This document shows positions 50,930 through 62,845 of a DNA stretch of 64,000 nucleotides, one piece after another. The translations under genes were made by a program, and so were the position numbers. Positions within the stretch are counted from its first letter, which is position 1. Every line of letters starts with the position of its first letter. The notes below the pieces were generated by a model that was not told where the DNA came from, ran no database searches, and saw nothing but the letters and a program-made list of their open reading frames with translations. This DNA comes from Okamejei kenojei (taxonomy: Eukaryota), in NCBI GenBank assembly GCA_035221665.1, contig CM069140.1, forward strand, positions 41,664,001 through 41,728,000, written 5' to 3'.

Positions 50930-51778
50930 CATAGTCACACAGCACGGAAACAGGCCCTTCTGCCCAAATCTTCCATGCTGACCAAGGTGCCCCATCTAAG
51001 CCAGCCCATTTTTACCCACCTTTAGCCCACATCCCTCTAAATCTTTCCTCGGGTTCCTGTTATATCTTTCTCCTCTCAGCTTAAACCTATGCCCTTTATT
51101 CCCTACCCTGGGAAACAGACTGTATATTCACCCTATGTATTCATGTCATTATGTTATACACATCTATAAAATCGCTCTCCAGCCTCCTACGCACCAAGGA
51201 ATAACTTCTAAGGAATGGCCAGCCTCTCCCTATACTGAAGCTCAGGCCCTCAAGTCTAGGCACCTTCTTTGTAGATTTTCTGTGCACTTTTTCCAGTTTA
51301 ATGGCATCTTTCCAATAGGAGGGTTACTAAAACTGAACACAATACTCCAAATGCAGTCTCACTGATGTCTTGAACAACTGTAATATAAGGTCCCAAATTC
51401 TATGCTGAATTTCCTGATTGATGATAGTCAGCATACCAAAAGCCTTTGTCATCACCCTATCTGCGACATCACTTTCAGAGAACTACGTATTCATACTCAT
51501 GTAACTGTCTGCTCTACTACACTCCCAGTGCTCTGCTGTTCAATGTGCGGTTCATGCCCTGGTTTGACATCACAGAATGTGATACCTCATACTTCTGTGA
51601 TTAAACTCAATTTGACACTCCTCAGTTCACCTACCCAGCTTATCAAGATCCTGCTGTATCTCTTGATAATCATCTTCACCATTTACACCTATGTTTGTGT
51701 CATCTGCAAACTTACTAAATCATACTTTGTACATACTCAACTAAATCATTGATATAGATGAGAATCAGCAATGAGCCC
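50930..51778 (-). mobile_element. Old CR1 fragment
   Basis: CAGCACGGAAACAGGCCCTT tail, AACTGAACACAATACTCCA, TGTCATCTGCAAACTTACT (KFADDT, reverse). Confidence 0.8.
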
Positions 51779-52118
51779 GTTATAAAGTTATAAATTACTT
51801 AGAATAAAATTTACAAATAATTTCCAAAACACAAGTACTATTCATACAACATTAGAAAAAATACCAATGAGTTGCAAACACATAAATCGTCCATCGATGA
51901 CAGGGGCTAAGAAGTGTTTTTAGTGCGTTCTTCTCCCATTCCTAAAACATCCTGTTTTCTTCTCATTTTAAAACATTTGTATCCACTAATCAGAGCATCT
52001 ACACAGTATATGTGATGGTTGCATTGACTATCCCAAGTGGGTGACAAATGTGAATTAATTCAATACCTTTGTTTTTAACCAGCACCACATTCCTTGAAAG
52101 ATGACTGGATACCTAAAT

Positions 52119-52515
52119 GTTTAGAGTTTGATTTAGAGATACAGCATGGAAACATGCCAAATATTGATCACCGGTTCACACTAGTTCCATGTTATCTCAC
52201 TTTCTCATCCACCTCCATACAATTTAGGGGCATTTTTAGGGACTGTAAACTCGCATATAGAAACATAGAAACATAGAAAATAGGTGCAGGAGTAGGCCAT
52301 TCGATTCTTCGAGCCTGCACCGCCATTGAATATGATCATGGCTGATCATCCAACTCCTTTGGATGGGGGTGAAAACTGCAGCAGCCAGAGGAAACCCGCA
52401 TAGTCACTGGGGGAACACGCAAACTCCACACTGACAGCACCCGAGGTAGAGCATCAGACCCGATTCTCTGGCACTGTGATGCAGCAGCTCCACCAGCTGC
52501 GCCACTGTGCTACCC
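52119..52515 (-). mobile_element. HE1-type SINE interrupted by a CR1 3' tip (52256-52356)
   Basis: SINE tail and head flank (ATAGAAAC)n-ATAGGTGCAGGAGTAGGCC. Confidence 0.75.
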
Positions 52516-52650
52516 ACAAGAAGGATCTTTTTTCTTCCATCAGTTCTTGGTAGAGAATGGTAAGTACATCATCTATATGGGGTAGATACATTGATCAGAC
52601 GTAATGGATGACACGACTTACTTAAATCAATGTGGGGCATATTTTTTTTT

Positions 52651-52962
52651 GTTTAGTTAAGAGATACAAAACGGAAACAGGCCCTTCAGCCCACCAAGTC
52701 CACACTGATCAGCGATCCCTGCACATTAACATTATCCAACTAGGGACAATTTACACTTATGCCAAGCCAATTAACTTACAAACCTATACGTTTTTGGAGT
52801 GTGGGAGGAAACTGAAGATCTCAGAGAAAACCCACACAAGCCATGGGGAGAATGTATAAACTCTGTACAGACAGCACCCGCAATTGGGATCGAACCCAAA
52901 CCCGGGATCGAACTGTAAGTGCTGTAAGGCAGCAACTCTCCCGCTGCACCACCACGCCATCC
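52651..52962 (-). mobile_element. HE1-type SINE
   Basis: Consensus match; short internal duplication GGGATCGAAC in the B-box region. Confidence 0.88.
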
Positions 52963-53445
52963 GTAAAAAATCCTTTCTATTTTTACCAATACCACATTCC
53001 TTGAAAGATTACTGGGTATCTTAAAAGTATTTTTTTTTCTTTTGGGTCTTGGTACAGGATGGTGCTATTTTCATGATGTGATAATTAATGTTTCTCTTGA
53101 TAGTGAGAGAAAAGTAACTGCACATATTAATCCACAATATTTTTTATGAACAGATCAGCTTCAGCTGTCATACTAAAAGCTTTGGGGTTAGAAAACTTAG
53201 ATTAGCAAAATGCCTTTTCAGCCTGGACTGTGAATATTTATTACATGATCATAATACTCATCGTAAACCCTGTTGGAAATCAGGCACATATGTGGCCCAG
53301 TTTGACAAAGATTAATGGGAATATCAAGGCTTTAGAGGAAAGTTATTTTTTAAATATGGTGCTGCACTGAAACATTTGTTATTTTCAAAATTCAAATGTA
53401 AAACACTTTTTTACTTTATCTCAAAAGTTGTTTTGGGGAATGAAT

Positions 53446-54011
53446 CTTCCTGAGAAGATTACGGAGAGCCGGTCTGTCAAGGAGGACTCTCTCTAACTTC
53501 TACAGGTGCACAGTAGAGAGCTTGCTGACTGGTTGCATCGTGGCTTGGTTCGGCAACTTGAGTGCCCTGGAGAGGAAGAGACTACAAAAAGTAGTAAACA
53601 CTGCCCAGTCCATCATCGGCTCTGACCTTCCTTCCATCGAGGGGATCTACCACAGTCGCTGCCTCAAAAAGGCTGGCAGCATCATCAAGGACCCACACCA
53701 CCCTGGCCACACACTCATCTCCCTGCTACCTTCGGGTAGAAGGTACAGGAACCTGAGAACTGCAACGACCCAGTTCAGGAATAGCTACTTCCTCACAGCC
53801 ATCAGGCTATTAAACCTGGCTCGGACAAAACTCTGAACATTAATACACCTCCATCTGTTATTTGCACTTTATTAATTTATTAATTAATGTGTGTATTTAA
53901 GTATATAGCTGTAGTCAATGCCTACTATGTTCAGTTGTGCTATGCAAAGAAAGAATTTCATTGTCCTGTCAGGGACACGTGGCAATAAACTCTTTTGACT
54001 TGACTTTGACT
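53446..54011 (+). mobile_element. Rex1-type LINE 3' end
   Basis: LTGCIVAWFGNLSALERKRLQKVV, same subfamily as 31160-31522; (TTGAC)n tail. Confidence 0.9.
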
Positions 54012-54416
54012 TTTTGAATTGAAGAAACAGTGCAATATCAGTTACATAGAAACATAGAAAATCGGTGCATGAGGAGGCTATTCGGCCCTTCGAGCCAGCA
54101 CCACCATTCATTGTGATCATGGCTGATTGTCCCCAATCAATAACCCATGCCTGCCTTCTCCCCATATCACTTGATTCCACTAGCCCCTAGAGCTCTATCT
54201 ATCTCTCCCTTAAATCCATCCAGTAATTTTGCCTCCACTGCCATCTGTGGCAGGGAATTCCACAAATTCACAACTCTCTGGGTGAAAATGTTTGTTCTCA
54301 CCTCAGTCTTAAATGGCCTCCCCTTTATTCTGAGACTGTGGCCCCTGGTTCTGGACTCACCCAACATTGGGAACATTTTTCCTGCATCTAGCTTGTCCAG
54401 TCCTTTTATAATTTTA

Positions 54417-56027
54417 GGGTACACAAAAGGCTGGAGAAACTCAGCGGGTGCAGCAGCATCTAAGGCGCGAAGGAGATAGGCAACGTTTCAGGTCGAGACC
54501 CTTCTTCAGACTGGTCGGGGATCAGGGAAACGAGAGATATAGTGATGTGGAGAGATAAAGAACAATGAATGAAAGATATGCAAAAAAGTATCGATGATAA
54601 GCTGCTTGTAGTGTGAAAATGAGAAGCTAGTGCGACTAGGGTAGGGGAGAGAGATAGAGAGAGAGGGAATGCCAGGGTCCGAGGGCTGAGGGAGAGGTGG
54701 GAAGGGGAGGAGACAGCAAGGGTTAACAGAATTGAGAAAATTCAATGTTCAAGCCCAGAGGATGCAGACTCCTCAAGCGGAATATGAGGTGCTGTTCCTC
54801 CAACTTGCGGTGTTGCTCACTTTGGCCGTGGAGGAGGCACAGGACCGAGAGGTCGGATAGGGAATGGGAGGGGGAGTTGAAGTGCTGAGCCACCGGGAGG
54901 TAGGGTTGGTTAATGCGGACCGAGCGGAGGTGTTCGGCGAAACGATCGCCAAGCCTCCGCTTGGTCTCACCAATATAGATCATCTGGCATCTGGAGCAGC
55001 AGATGCAGTAGATGAGGTTGGAGGAGGTGCAGGTGAACCTCTGTTGGACCTGGAAGGACTGCTTGGGTCCCTGAAAGGAGTGGAGGGGGGAGGTGAAGGG
55101 ACAAACGTAGCATTTCTTGCGGTTGCAAGGGAAAGTGCCCCGGGAAGGGGTAGAGCGGGAGGGAAAGGATGAATTGACAAGGGAGTTGCGGAGGGAGTGG
55201 TCTTTGCGGAAGGCAGACAGGGAGAGAGATGGGAAGATGTGGCGAGTGGAGGGGTCATGTTGGAGGGGGCGAAACTGGCGGAGGACTATGTGTTGTATTT
55301 GCCGGCTGGGTGGGTGAAAGGTGAGGACCAGGGGGACTCAGTCCTTGTTGCGAGTGGGGGAATGGGGAGAGAGAGCAGTGTTGCGGGGTATGGAGGAGAC
55401 CCTGGTGCGAGCCCCATCTATAGTGGGCGAGGGGAATCCCCATTCTCTGAAGAATGAGGACATTTGTGATGGCCTGGTGTGGAACACCTCATCCTGGGAG
55501 CAGATGCGGTGTAGACGGAGGAATTGGGAATAGGAGATGGAGTCCTTACAGGAAGCAGGGTGGGAGGAAGAGTAGTCCAGGTAGCTGTGGGAGTCAGTTG
55601 GTTTGTAGTGGATGTCAGTCAGGAGTGTATCACCTTCAATAAAGATGGTGAGGTCAAGGAATGGTAGGGAATTGTCGGAAATGGTCCAAGTGTATTTGAG
55701 TGCTGGATGGAAGTTGGTGGTGAAATGGATGAAGTCAGTCAGTTGTGTGTGGGTGCAGGAAGTGACACCAAAGCAGTCGTCGATGTAACGGGGTTAGAGG
55801 TCGGGGATGGGGCCCTGGTACGCCGAGAAAAAGAATTGTTCGACGTACCCGACAAAGAGGCAAGCGTAGCTGGGGCCCATGCGTGTGCCCATAGCTACGC
55901 CTTGTGTTTGGAGGAAATGGGAGGAGTCAAGAGAGAAGTTATTGAGGGTAAGGACCAACTCCGCTAGGCGGAGGAGGGTGTCAGTGGACGGGTATGGGTT
56001 GCTCCTTCTGCAGTTCCTTCTTGAACA
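54417..56027 (-). mobile_element. Penelope-like retroelement, 5'-truncated (RT C-terminal half + GIY-YIG endonuclease)
   Basis: Minus strand GVAMGTRMGPSYACLFVGYVEQ and RYIDDCFG (RT), IYIGETKRRLGDRFAEH (GIY-YIG); 14-bp TSD CTTTTATAATTTTA at 54403-54416 and 56028-56041. Confidence 0.93.
54481..54512 (-). ncRNA. Minimal hammerhead-ribozyme-like motif in the Penelope terminal repeat
   Basis: Minus strand CUGAAGA-A-GGGUC-UC-GACCU-GAAAC-GUU: both core boxes and a stem II; stem I is weak. Confidence 0.5.
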
Positions 56028-58024
56028 CTTTTATAATTTTATATGTTTTTGTACAAGATTCCCCCTCATCCTTCTAAACTCCAGTGAATACAAGGCTAGT
56101 CTTTTCAATCTTTCCTCATAGTCCCGCCATCCCAGGGGTCAATCTTGTGAACCTACGCTGCACTGCCTCAATCACAAGGATGTCCTTCCTCAAATTAGTT
56201 GACCAGAAATCAAAAGTTAACTTTACTAAAAAGTAAAAGATTCGAATCTATAGCAGTCGGTGCAGGCCCACATAAGGAAAGAATGGAAGTGTATGCATAG
56301 CTGAGCTTGAAAGGAATGATAATACCCTACTGTGTCAATTTAAAAAGCCAAATCTGAATATATACCCCACAGTTTGGAAGCTTAGCTGAGAGGGAAGATA
56401 AATAACACCTCAGTACAATTGTAATCCCCTGATCTTAACTAACTGAATGGTTTATTGTTAAACATAAGAAAGAAGAAAGCACCAGGCAGACCACACACAG
56501 TTACCTACGTAGCTTCCAGCTATAACAGCAGTAGAAAATCAATTTTGTTTAATCCCACATTCACTTGGAAGTGTTTGTCGTACAGGTTCCTTGAAAATTT
56601 AAAATGTGTAATGAAGTGTGCTGACATATGCATTCGTTAATGTGGTTCCAGCCAAGCTGGGCTCATTCTAACCAGGTTGATGCCAGTTAATTACCATATC
56701 AAGGATATACACCAAATGGGAAACAGACATCAATATGAAAAAATACTTCGTCTTGCGTTTATAAAATATCATGGGCAACTAAGAGGTATATTTTTCATTT
56801 CAGTATTATTTGCTGAAATTTAGACCATGAAGAGTAAATATGCCTACCTTGCACACATAAACTTGGCAATTAACTTTGATGCAGTCAAGAGTCTCAGAAA
56901 GATGATCATGCAAAAAAAACACTGAACTCAGAAACATACAGGATTAGTTCCAGGGCATTCGATGGACATTAGGTCATGCAATTGCCTTTACAGTTCCAAG
57001 GCTGACTGAGTCATTAATAGTTTACTAATATGGTGTCAGTAACCACATTATAGATCCTACGTGAGCTATTATGGTGCCATGTACTGACGTCACAAATGAG
57101 TTATGATAAATGTGGAAGGTTAGGTTCAGGCACAATATCGAGCTGGATAGGCTGGCACATGCAGAAGTCTTGTATGTGCAGTCTGATTTATAATTTTGGC
57201 TTGCAAAGTTTTGTGTTACATCCAAACAAATCTCTGATCATTCATGAAGTTAGCATCTAACAACATGGATACACATGCTCCTCGATTTACGATGCTTCGA
57301 CTTATGATATTTTGTCTTTACGATGGTGCAAAAGCAATACACGTTCAGTGGAAACCATACTTCGAATGTTTTTATTTTTATCTTTAACGATATGCGGTAT
57401 GATATCCTAAAACAGGAGTTGCAAACGGCTTCAAGAGCTGCAACAAATCCGGTCGGCCATGAAAAAAAATGTAAAGAACTAAAGAGTCTCTGAAAGGCGA
57501 GTGTCTTCAGCAAAACGCATGGCTAAAGGAAACCGCCGTGGATCTAGTAAACGATTGCGGAAAATCCCAGCAGCCGGACCCTGCAACAAAACACAACAAC
57601 TTTCCGCCCAGGCAGGCAAATAGCAAGGAAGAGCAAAGAGCGGAGCCGGAACCTAGAGCATCTCAGCTGGTGCCTGCCAATGGGAAGGAGTTCAGAGTGG
57701 CCCAAGCCACAGCTCAACGGGAGAGGAAGCTCAAGCAGCCAGAGACCAAAAGCAGCCCAGACCCCACGGCAGTACAAAACAAAGTCAATAGTAAGCAGAA
57801 GTCAAAATCGCAGGCAATCAAACCAAGTATTGAGCGGCCCTCGAAGCTGGCCGAGGGCTTCAGACCCTGTGACGCGCACCAGAAAACCTCTGTTTGCCCC
57901 AGTGCCTTCTCCCACTATTCTCCAGCCTTCTCAGAAAAGAGAGAATGTTTGGTAGGTTAGGTTTATTAAATGCATTTTCGACTTACGATATTTTCGATTT
58001 ACGATGGGTTTTTCGGAACATAAC

Positions 58025-58211
58025 TGTAGATGGTTTATATGCAACCAATAATATAGTTACCTCACTCCCATTAACCCCGCCCAGTTAACATCAATCATAA
58101 CGCCTTCCCCTCAGTAGAAAAATGTAGCCGGTGCTTGAAGGTGTATGTAATACCCAGTGCTATCATTAAAAGATGTTGTACACTTAAGAGCTTGTAAAGT
58201 TTTCATTTACA
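58025..58211 (+). repeat. 5' LTR
   Basis: Direct repeat of 62527-62713; contains ATTAAA. Confidence 0.96.
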
Positions 58212-58305
58212 TGGTGTCGAAGCTGGAAGATACTTGCGTCTCCTGTTTATCGGTTTTTATTTCTTTTTTTTGATTTGTGTTTTTTGTGCTTTGATCTCTT
58301 TGGCC

Positions 58306-59298
58306 ATGGCGTCCTCTTGCAGAAAGCCCGAGCAGCTTGTCTTTGATGCTGACATCTCTGAGCGCTGGGCCACGTTTGAATTTGATTTCACACACTTTGT
58401 CAACGTCGCACACCGCGCTGATCCTGACTCCCTTAAAGCTTCCCTCCTCCTCAACCTTGTCGGACCTGATGCCATGAAGAGAGCCAGAACTTTCACCTAC
58501 GCTCCAGCGGTCCTGGGCGTCGATGGTGCGGTGATTACTCCTGCAGAGTCTGCTGACGACCCCGCTTGCCTGCTACGTAAGTTCAGGGAGATTTGTGACC
58601 TGCCCTCGAACCGCATTCTAGAGAGGGCACGGTTCTTTACGAGGAGACAGTTGCCTGATGAACCTGTTGAATGTTTTATTGCTGATTTGCGTTATCTCGC
58701 CCAGATGTGCCGTTTTGGCGACATGACAGACCAGCTCACTAGAGACATTTTAGTAACTGGCATGCGTGACCAGAAGCTGCGATGTGAGCTTTTGAGGGAT
58801 CCGGATCTAACGTTGGACAAAGCTATGCATGCCTGCAGATTGTCTGAGGTCGTTGTTTTGCAAGAGGACCACCGGGATTTGGGCAATAAATCTGTCAACC
58901 TGGCTGGGTTTAGGAGCCCACAGCCTCGGGTGGGAAACAATGTTTTTCTGCCGCGTGCCCGCCCTGGACCTGGCGATGTGCCCCGAAAAAGATGCCCGAA
59001 CTGTAACTACATGCACCATAGACTGTCGACGTGTCCCGCCTCTGGTAAAACCTGTAACTTTTGTAAAAAGCTGAACCATTTCTCAGCCTCCTGTCGCTTA
59101 CTCCGTTCCCGTGGGAGCCAGGCACAAGCTTCCAGTCCCAGTCTAAACATGCTGGCCCAATCTGATCTCTGTTTCGACTCACAGCCCAATTTAGTTGAGT
59201 GCAATGGTGCGGAACCAATTAATTCTGCCGAGGACTCTCATGTGTTTACCCTCCTACAGACACACCCGCCCACCGCAATGATCCCTCCGTACCTGTGA
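58306..59298 (+). CDS. gag: Gypsy Gag with two zinc knuckles
   Basis: GCCATGG start; ERARFFTRRQ..EPVECFIADLR, RDILVTG, CPNC...H....C and CNFCKKLNHFSASC. Confidence 0.85.
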   Translation: MASSCRKPEQLVFDADISERWATFEFDFTHFVNVAHRADPDSLKASLLLNLVGPDAMKRARTFTYAPAVLGVDGAVITPAESADDPACLLRKFREICDLPSNRILERARFFTRRQLPDEPVECFIADLRYLAQMCRFGDMTDQLTRDILVTGMRDQKLRCELLRDPDLTLDKAMHACRLSEVVVLQEDHRDLGNKSVNLAGFRSPQPRVGNNVFLPRARPGPGDVPRKRCPNCNYMHHRLSTCPASGKTCNFCKKLNHFSASCRLLRSRGSQAQASSPSLNMLAQSDLCFDSQPNLVECNGAEPINSAEDSHVFTLLQTHPPTAMIPPYL

Positions 59299-62200
59299 CT
59301 GTCAATGGCGTAACCTTCTCTGCCAAATTAGATACTGGCGCGAGAGTCAATGTTTTGTCCATGAATCTTTTCAACAAGATAAGGAGTAATGAGCCTCTGG
59401 TTGTTGACGATGCTACCCTGCACGCCTATGGTGGAGAGATTCTAAGGCCTGCGGGGAGGGCCACTTTAACTTGCGTGCTGCAAAAGGCCACAAGAAACCT
59501 GGTTTTCTATGTTTTGAACTCTGACTGTGTAACCCTGTTGGGCAACCGTGCGTGCCAGGATCTTGGCCTGGTCTCCTTTGACCGCACGGTCCACAAAGTG
59601 CAACTTTCGTTTGACCCGGTTGCTGAATACCAGGACCTGTTCGACGATGACCTGGGGAAGTTACCAGTGTCATACCATATTTCCATTGACCCAAATGTAC
59701 AACCCGTGGTCCGCGCACCTCACAGGGTGTCTCACGCCATGAAGGACAAGGTCGAGGCGATGCTCAACGAGATGGTCGAAAAGGGGGTGCTAGTAGCAGT
59801 TAGCGAGCCCACTGATTGGGTCTCCACCATGGTTGCCACGATTAAGAAAGACAAGAACGAGATACGCGTGTGTATCAACCCGAAGGACTTAAACCTTGCC
59901 ATCAGGCGACCACATTACCCCATGCGGTCTGTTGAGGATGTGGCGGCAAAGGTCGGGCAAGCCACCATCTTTTCGGTCCTAGACGCTAAGAACTCGTTTT
60001 GGCAGGTCCCGTTGGACAAAGCGTCTTCTGACCTGACGACCTTCGCCACACCGTTCGGCAGATTCAAGTTCCTGCGAATGCCATTCGGCATCAATTCTGC
60101 TAGCGAGGTGTTCCAGCAGACGATGGAGCAATTATTCGCGCACCTACCATGTGCCATCATCGTGGATGATATCCTGGTTTACGGGAAGGACCTTGCCGAG
60201 CACGACCTGAAACCTCCGCCGCGTCCTGGATCGCGCGCGACAGGCGAACCTGAAGCTGAATCCCAAGAAGTGCCGGTTTCGTGTCTCAGAGGTCACGTAT
60301 GTTGGACATGTTTTCACCCCTAACGGACTAAAGCCCGACCCCTTGAAGGCCGCTGCCATCTCCGAAATGGCAGCCCCCACCGACGTGCCAGGTCTGCAAC
60401 GATTCTTGGGCATGGTGAACTACCTTGGCAAGTTTATACCAAACCTCAGTGAGCTGAGTGCTCCCCTGCGGCAGCTGACAAAAAAGGATATCGCCTGGGC
60501 CTGGCTACCATATCACCAGCAGGCTTTTGACCGCCTCAAGTCGAAAACTGATTAGCACTCCGACGTTGCGGTTCTTCGACGTGGGTCGCCCCATCACCGT
60601 CACCTGTGACGCTTCCAAGTTCGGTCTGGGTGCGGCCTGCCTTCAGTCTGTCGATGGATCGCTGCATCCCGTCTCCTATGCCTCCCGCACCATGACGGAC
60701 ACCGAGCAGCGGTACGCTCAGATCGAGAAAGAGCTGCTCGCGGTGGTGTTCGCCTGCTCCAAGTTCAGAGACTTCCTGTTCGGCAGCAGATTTACGGTCG
60801 AAACCGACCACCAGCCACTGGTGACAATCCTGAACAAGCCGATTCACGCTGCCCCTGCCAGGCTGCAGCGTATGATGCTGCAGCTCCAGCGCTTCGACTT
60901 TGACATAATCTACAAGAAGGGCACCGAGATGCACATTGCGGACACCCTGTCGCGAGCCCCGCGTACCTCCTGCGCTCGCCACCCCTACGAAACAGAGGAC
61001 TTGCTCGTACTGGGCGTTAACTTTATTCCCACCAAGCAGCTACAGGTTTTGGCCGAGCACACCGCTGCCGATCCGGCCTTGCAGCAGCTTGCATCGGTGA
61101 TTAAAGCAGGGTGGCCAACAAAGCGCTCCGCCGCGCCATCTGAAGCACAGCCTTTCTTCCTGGTCCGCGACGAACTGGTGCTCCAGGATGGCGTTATCGT
61201 CAAGGGACATAAAGTTGTGGTCCCGTCCTCCCTGTTTGACTTTTACTTTTGTGCAGCCCACAGCGGACACCCTGGGGTCGATGCAACGCTTGCCCACGCT
61301 CAGTGCCAATTCTATTGGCCTGGAATGGCCAAATATATCCGAGACAGAGTTTTCTGCCTGCTCCACGTGCAACAGTCTTGCGCCGCACCAGCAGCGACAG
61401 CCCCTGCTGCAACAGCCCGCCCCTGCTTTGGCCTGGTCCTCGCTGGCTGCCGACATATTCGAGTGGCGTGGTAACCACTACCTTGTCCTGGTCGACTCGT
61501 ACTCCAACTGGTTCGAAGTGGATTTGCTGACATCCCTCACGTCGGAGATGGTGATCCGCAAGCTGCGGAAACACTTCTCCACTTTTGGGACCCCGGTCAG
61601 GCTGCAGACTGACAACGGCAGGCAGTTTACAAGCCGAGAATTCAAAAGCTTTGCCGACAAGTGGAACTTCGTGCATTTCACCAGCAGCCCAGAGTACCCA
61701 CAGAGCAACGGCCTAGCAGAAACGGGCCGTCCGCAGCGCCAAGCTTCTGATGGAACAGGCGCGACTATCCAATTCTGATTTGTATTTGGATCTCCTGAAC
61801 CTCAGGAATGTTTCCAGGGATCCGGCCATGGGGTCCCCTGCTCAGCGTCTGATGTCCAGAACTACCAGATCCACCGTCCCGATTGCCCAGCGCCAGCTGA
61901 AACCTCGGGTGCTGGAGCCCGCCTCCGTGCAGAGGCGAATTCAAGAGAAACATGACAGCCAGCGGCGTTCCCACGATCGGTCGTGCAGACCACTCGATCC
62001 TCTGTTGCCCGGACAGGTTGTTCGTTTGCAGACCGCCAGTGGGCACTACCGTCTGGCCACCGTGGTTGGGGTGGCCGACTCACCTCGTTCGTATCTGGTC
62101 GACTGTGAGGGTTCCATCTACCGAAGAAGCCGACAACACCTGCTTGCGGTTAATGAGCCACAGCCGCAGCCCCCTGGGCCCTATGCCCCTCCACTCTCCT

Positions 62201-62464
62201 ATCAGCAGCCGGCTGCCGCCCCGGCTGGTGTTCCCTGCATGCCTCGGTCCCCGTCGCGGGCGCCTGGTTCCCCTCTGCGCGGGTCCCCTGTTGCCGATCG
62301 CGGTTCTCCCTCTCCTGTTTCTCCCACCCCAATGCCCTTCCCTGGTTCCCCGGCTGCCTTGCGTACTCCTGCTTCTTCTGCTCTTTCGGGGGGGAGGGGG
62401 AGACATCCGTACGCGCTCGGGCAGGATCAGTAAGCCGCCTGTTCGCTACGGCGATTTCGTTTAA
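59295..62464 (+). CDS. pol: Gypsy Pol (PR-RT-RH-IN), split by single-base indels
   Basis: LDTGA protease; RVCINPKDLN, RMPFGI, IVDDIL RT; TCDASK, EQRYAQIEKELLA RNase H; HSGHPG, VDSYS, LQTDNGRQF, YPQSNGLAE integrase. Confidence 0.85.
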
Positions 62465-62526
62465 TTCTGCTGTTTAATTCGGTTGTCGTGACAACAATCT
62501 GTTTTTTTGATTTCTAAGGGGAAGGA

Positions 62527-62713
62527 TGTAGATGGTTTATATGCAACCAATAATATAGTTACCTCACTCCCATTAACCCCGCCCAGTTAACATCAATCAT
62601 AACGCCTTCCCCTCAGTAGAAAAATGTAGCCGGTGCTTGAAGGTGTGTGTAATACCCAGTGCTATCATTAAAAGATGTTGTACACTTAAGAGCTTGTAAA
62701 GTTTTCATTTACA
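62527..62713 (+). repeat. 3' LTR
   Basis: Direct repeat of 58025-58211. Confidence 0.96.
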
Positions 62714-62845
62714 ATAACCCCATCGTAAGTTGAGGAGCACCTGTATGTTGTTAACCTCAAGCGGGTGACTCGACAGACACTGACACACTTTGTCCTGCCT
62801 GGTGTTGAATTGAGAACCACAATCCAATTAGTTTAACCAGGCTTA

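Larger units (their letters stand above)
54043..56198 (-). mobile_element. CR1 3' fragment (54043-54416 and 56042-56198) split by Penelope
   Basis: KIIKGLDKLDAGKMFPMLGE; upstream part LGLYSLEFRRMRGNL-like resumes after 56041. Confidence 0.85.
58025..62713 (+). mobile_element. Young full-length Ty3/Gypsy LTR retrotransposon
   Basis: 187-bp LTRs 58025-58211 and 62527-62713 (TGT...ACA), one substitution apart; TSD ATAAC (58020-58024, 62714-62718); PBS-like TGGTGTCGAAG at 58212; PPT AAGGGGAAGGA 62516-62526. Confidence 0.97.
57272..62743. mobile_element. Tc1/mariner (Tigger/pogo) MITE, MER47/Tigger5-like, split by the Gypsy (57272-58024 and 62719-62743)
   Basis: TIRs CACATGCTCCTCGATTTACGATG / CATCGTAAGTTGAGGAGCACCTG, TA on both sides (57270-57271, 62744-62745), subterminal TTCGACTTACGAT repeats. 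Confidence 0.85.

Noticed and set aside
57538-57960. 140-aa ORF as a transposase inside the Tigger-like MITE
   Set aside because: Low complexity, no HTH or DDE motifs, non-ATG start.
58692-62406. Many antisense ORFs over the Gypsy element
   Set aside because: Expected shadows of a GC-rich coding strand; no independent motifs.
61952-62464. env-like third ORF in the young Gypsy
   Set aside because: Overlaps the integrase C-terminus; only its last residues (RTRSGR..KPPVRY) belong to Pol after a frameshift; no signal peptide, furin site or TM pattern.
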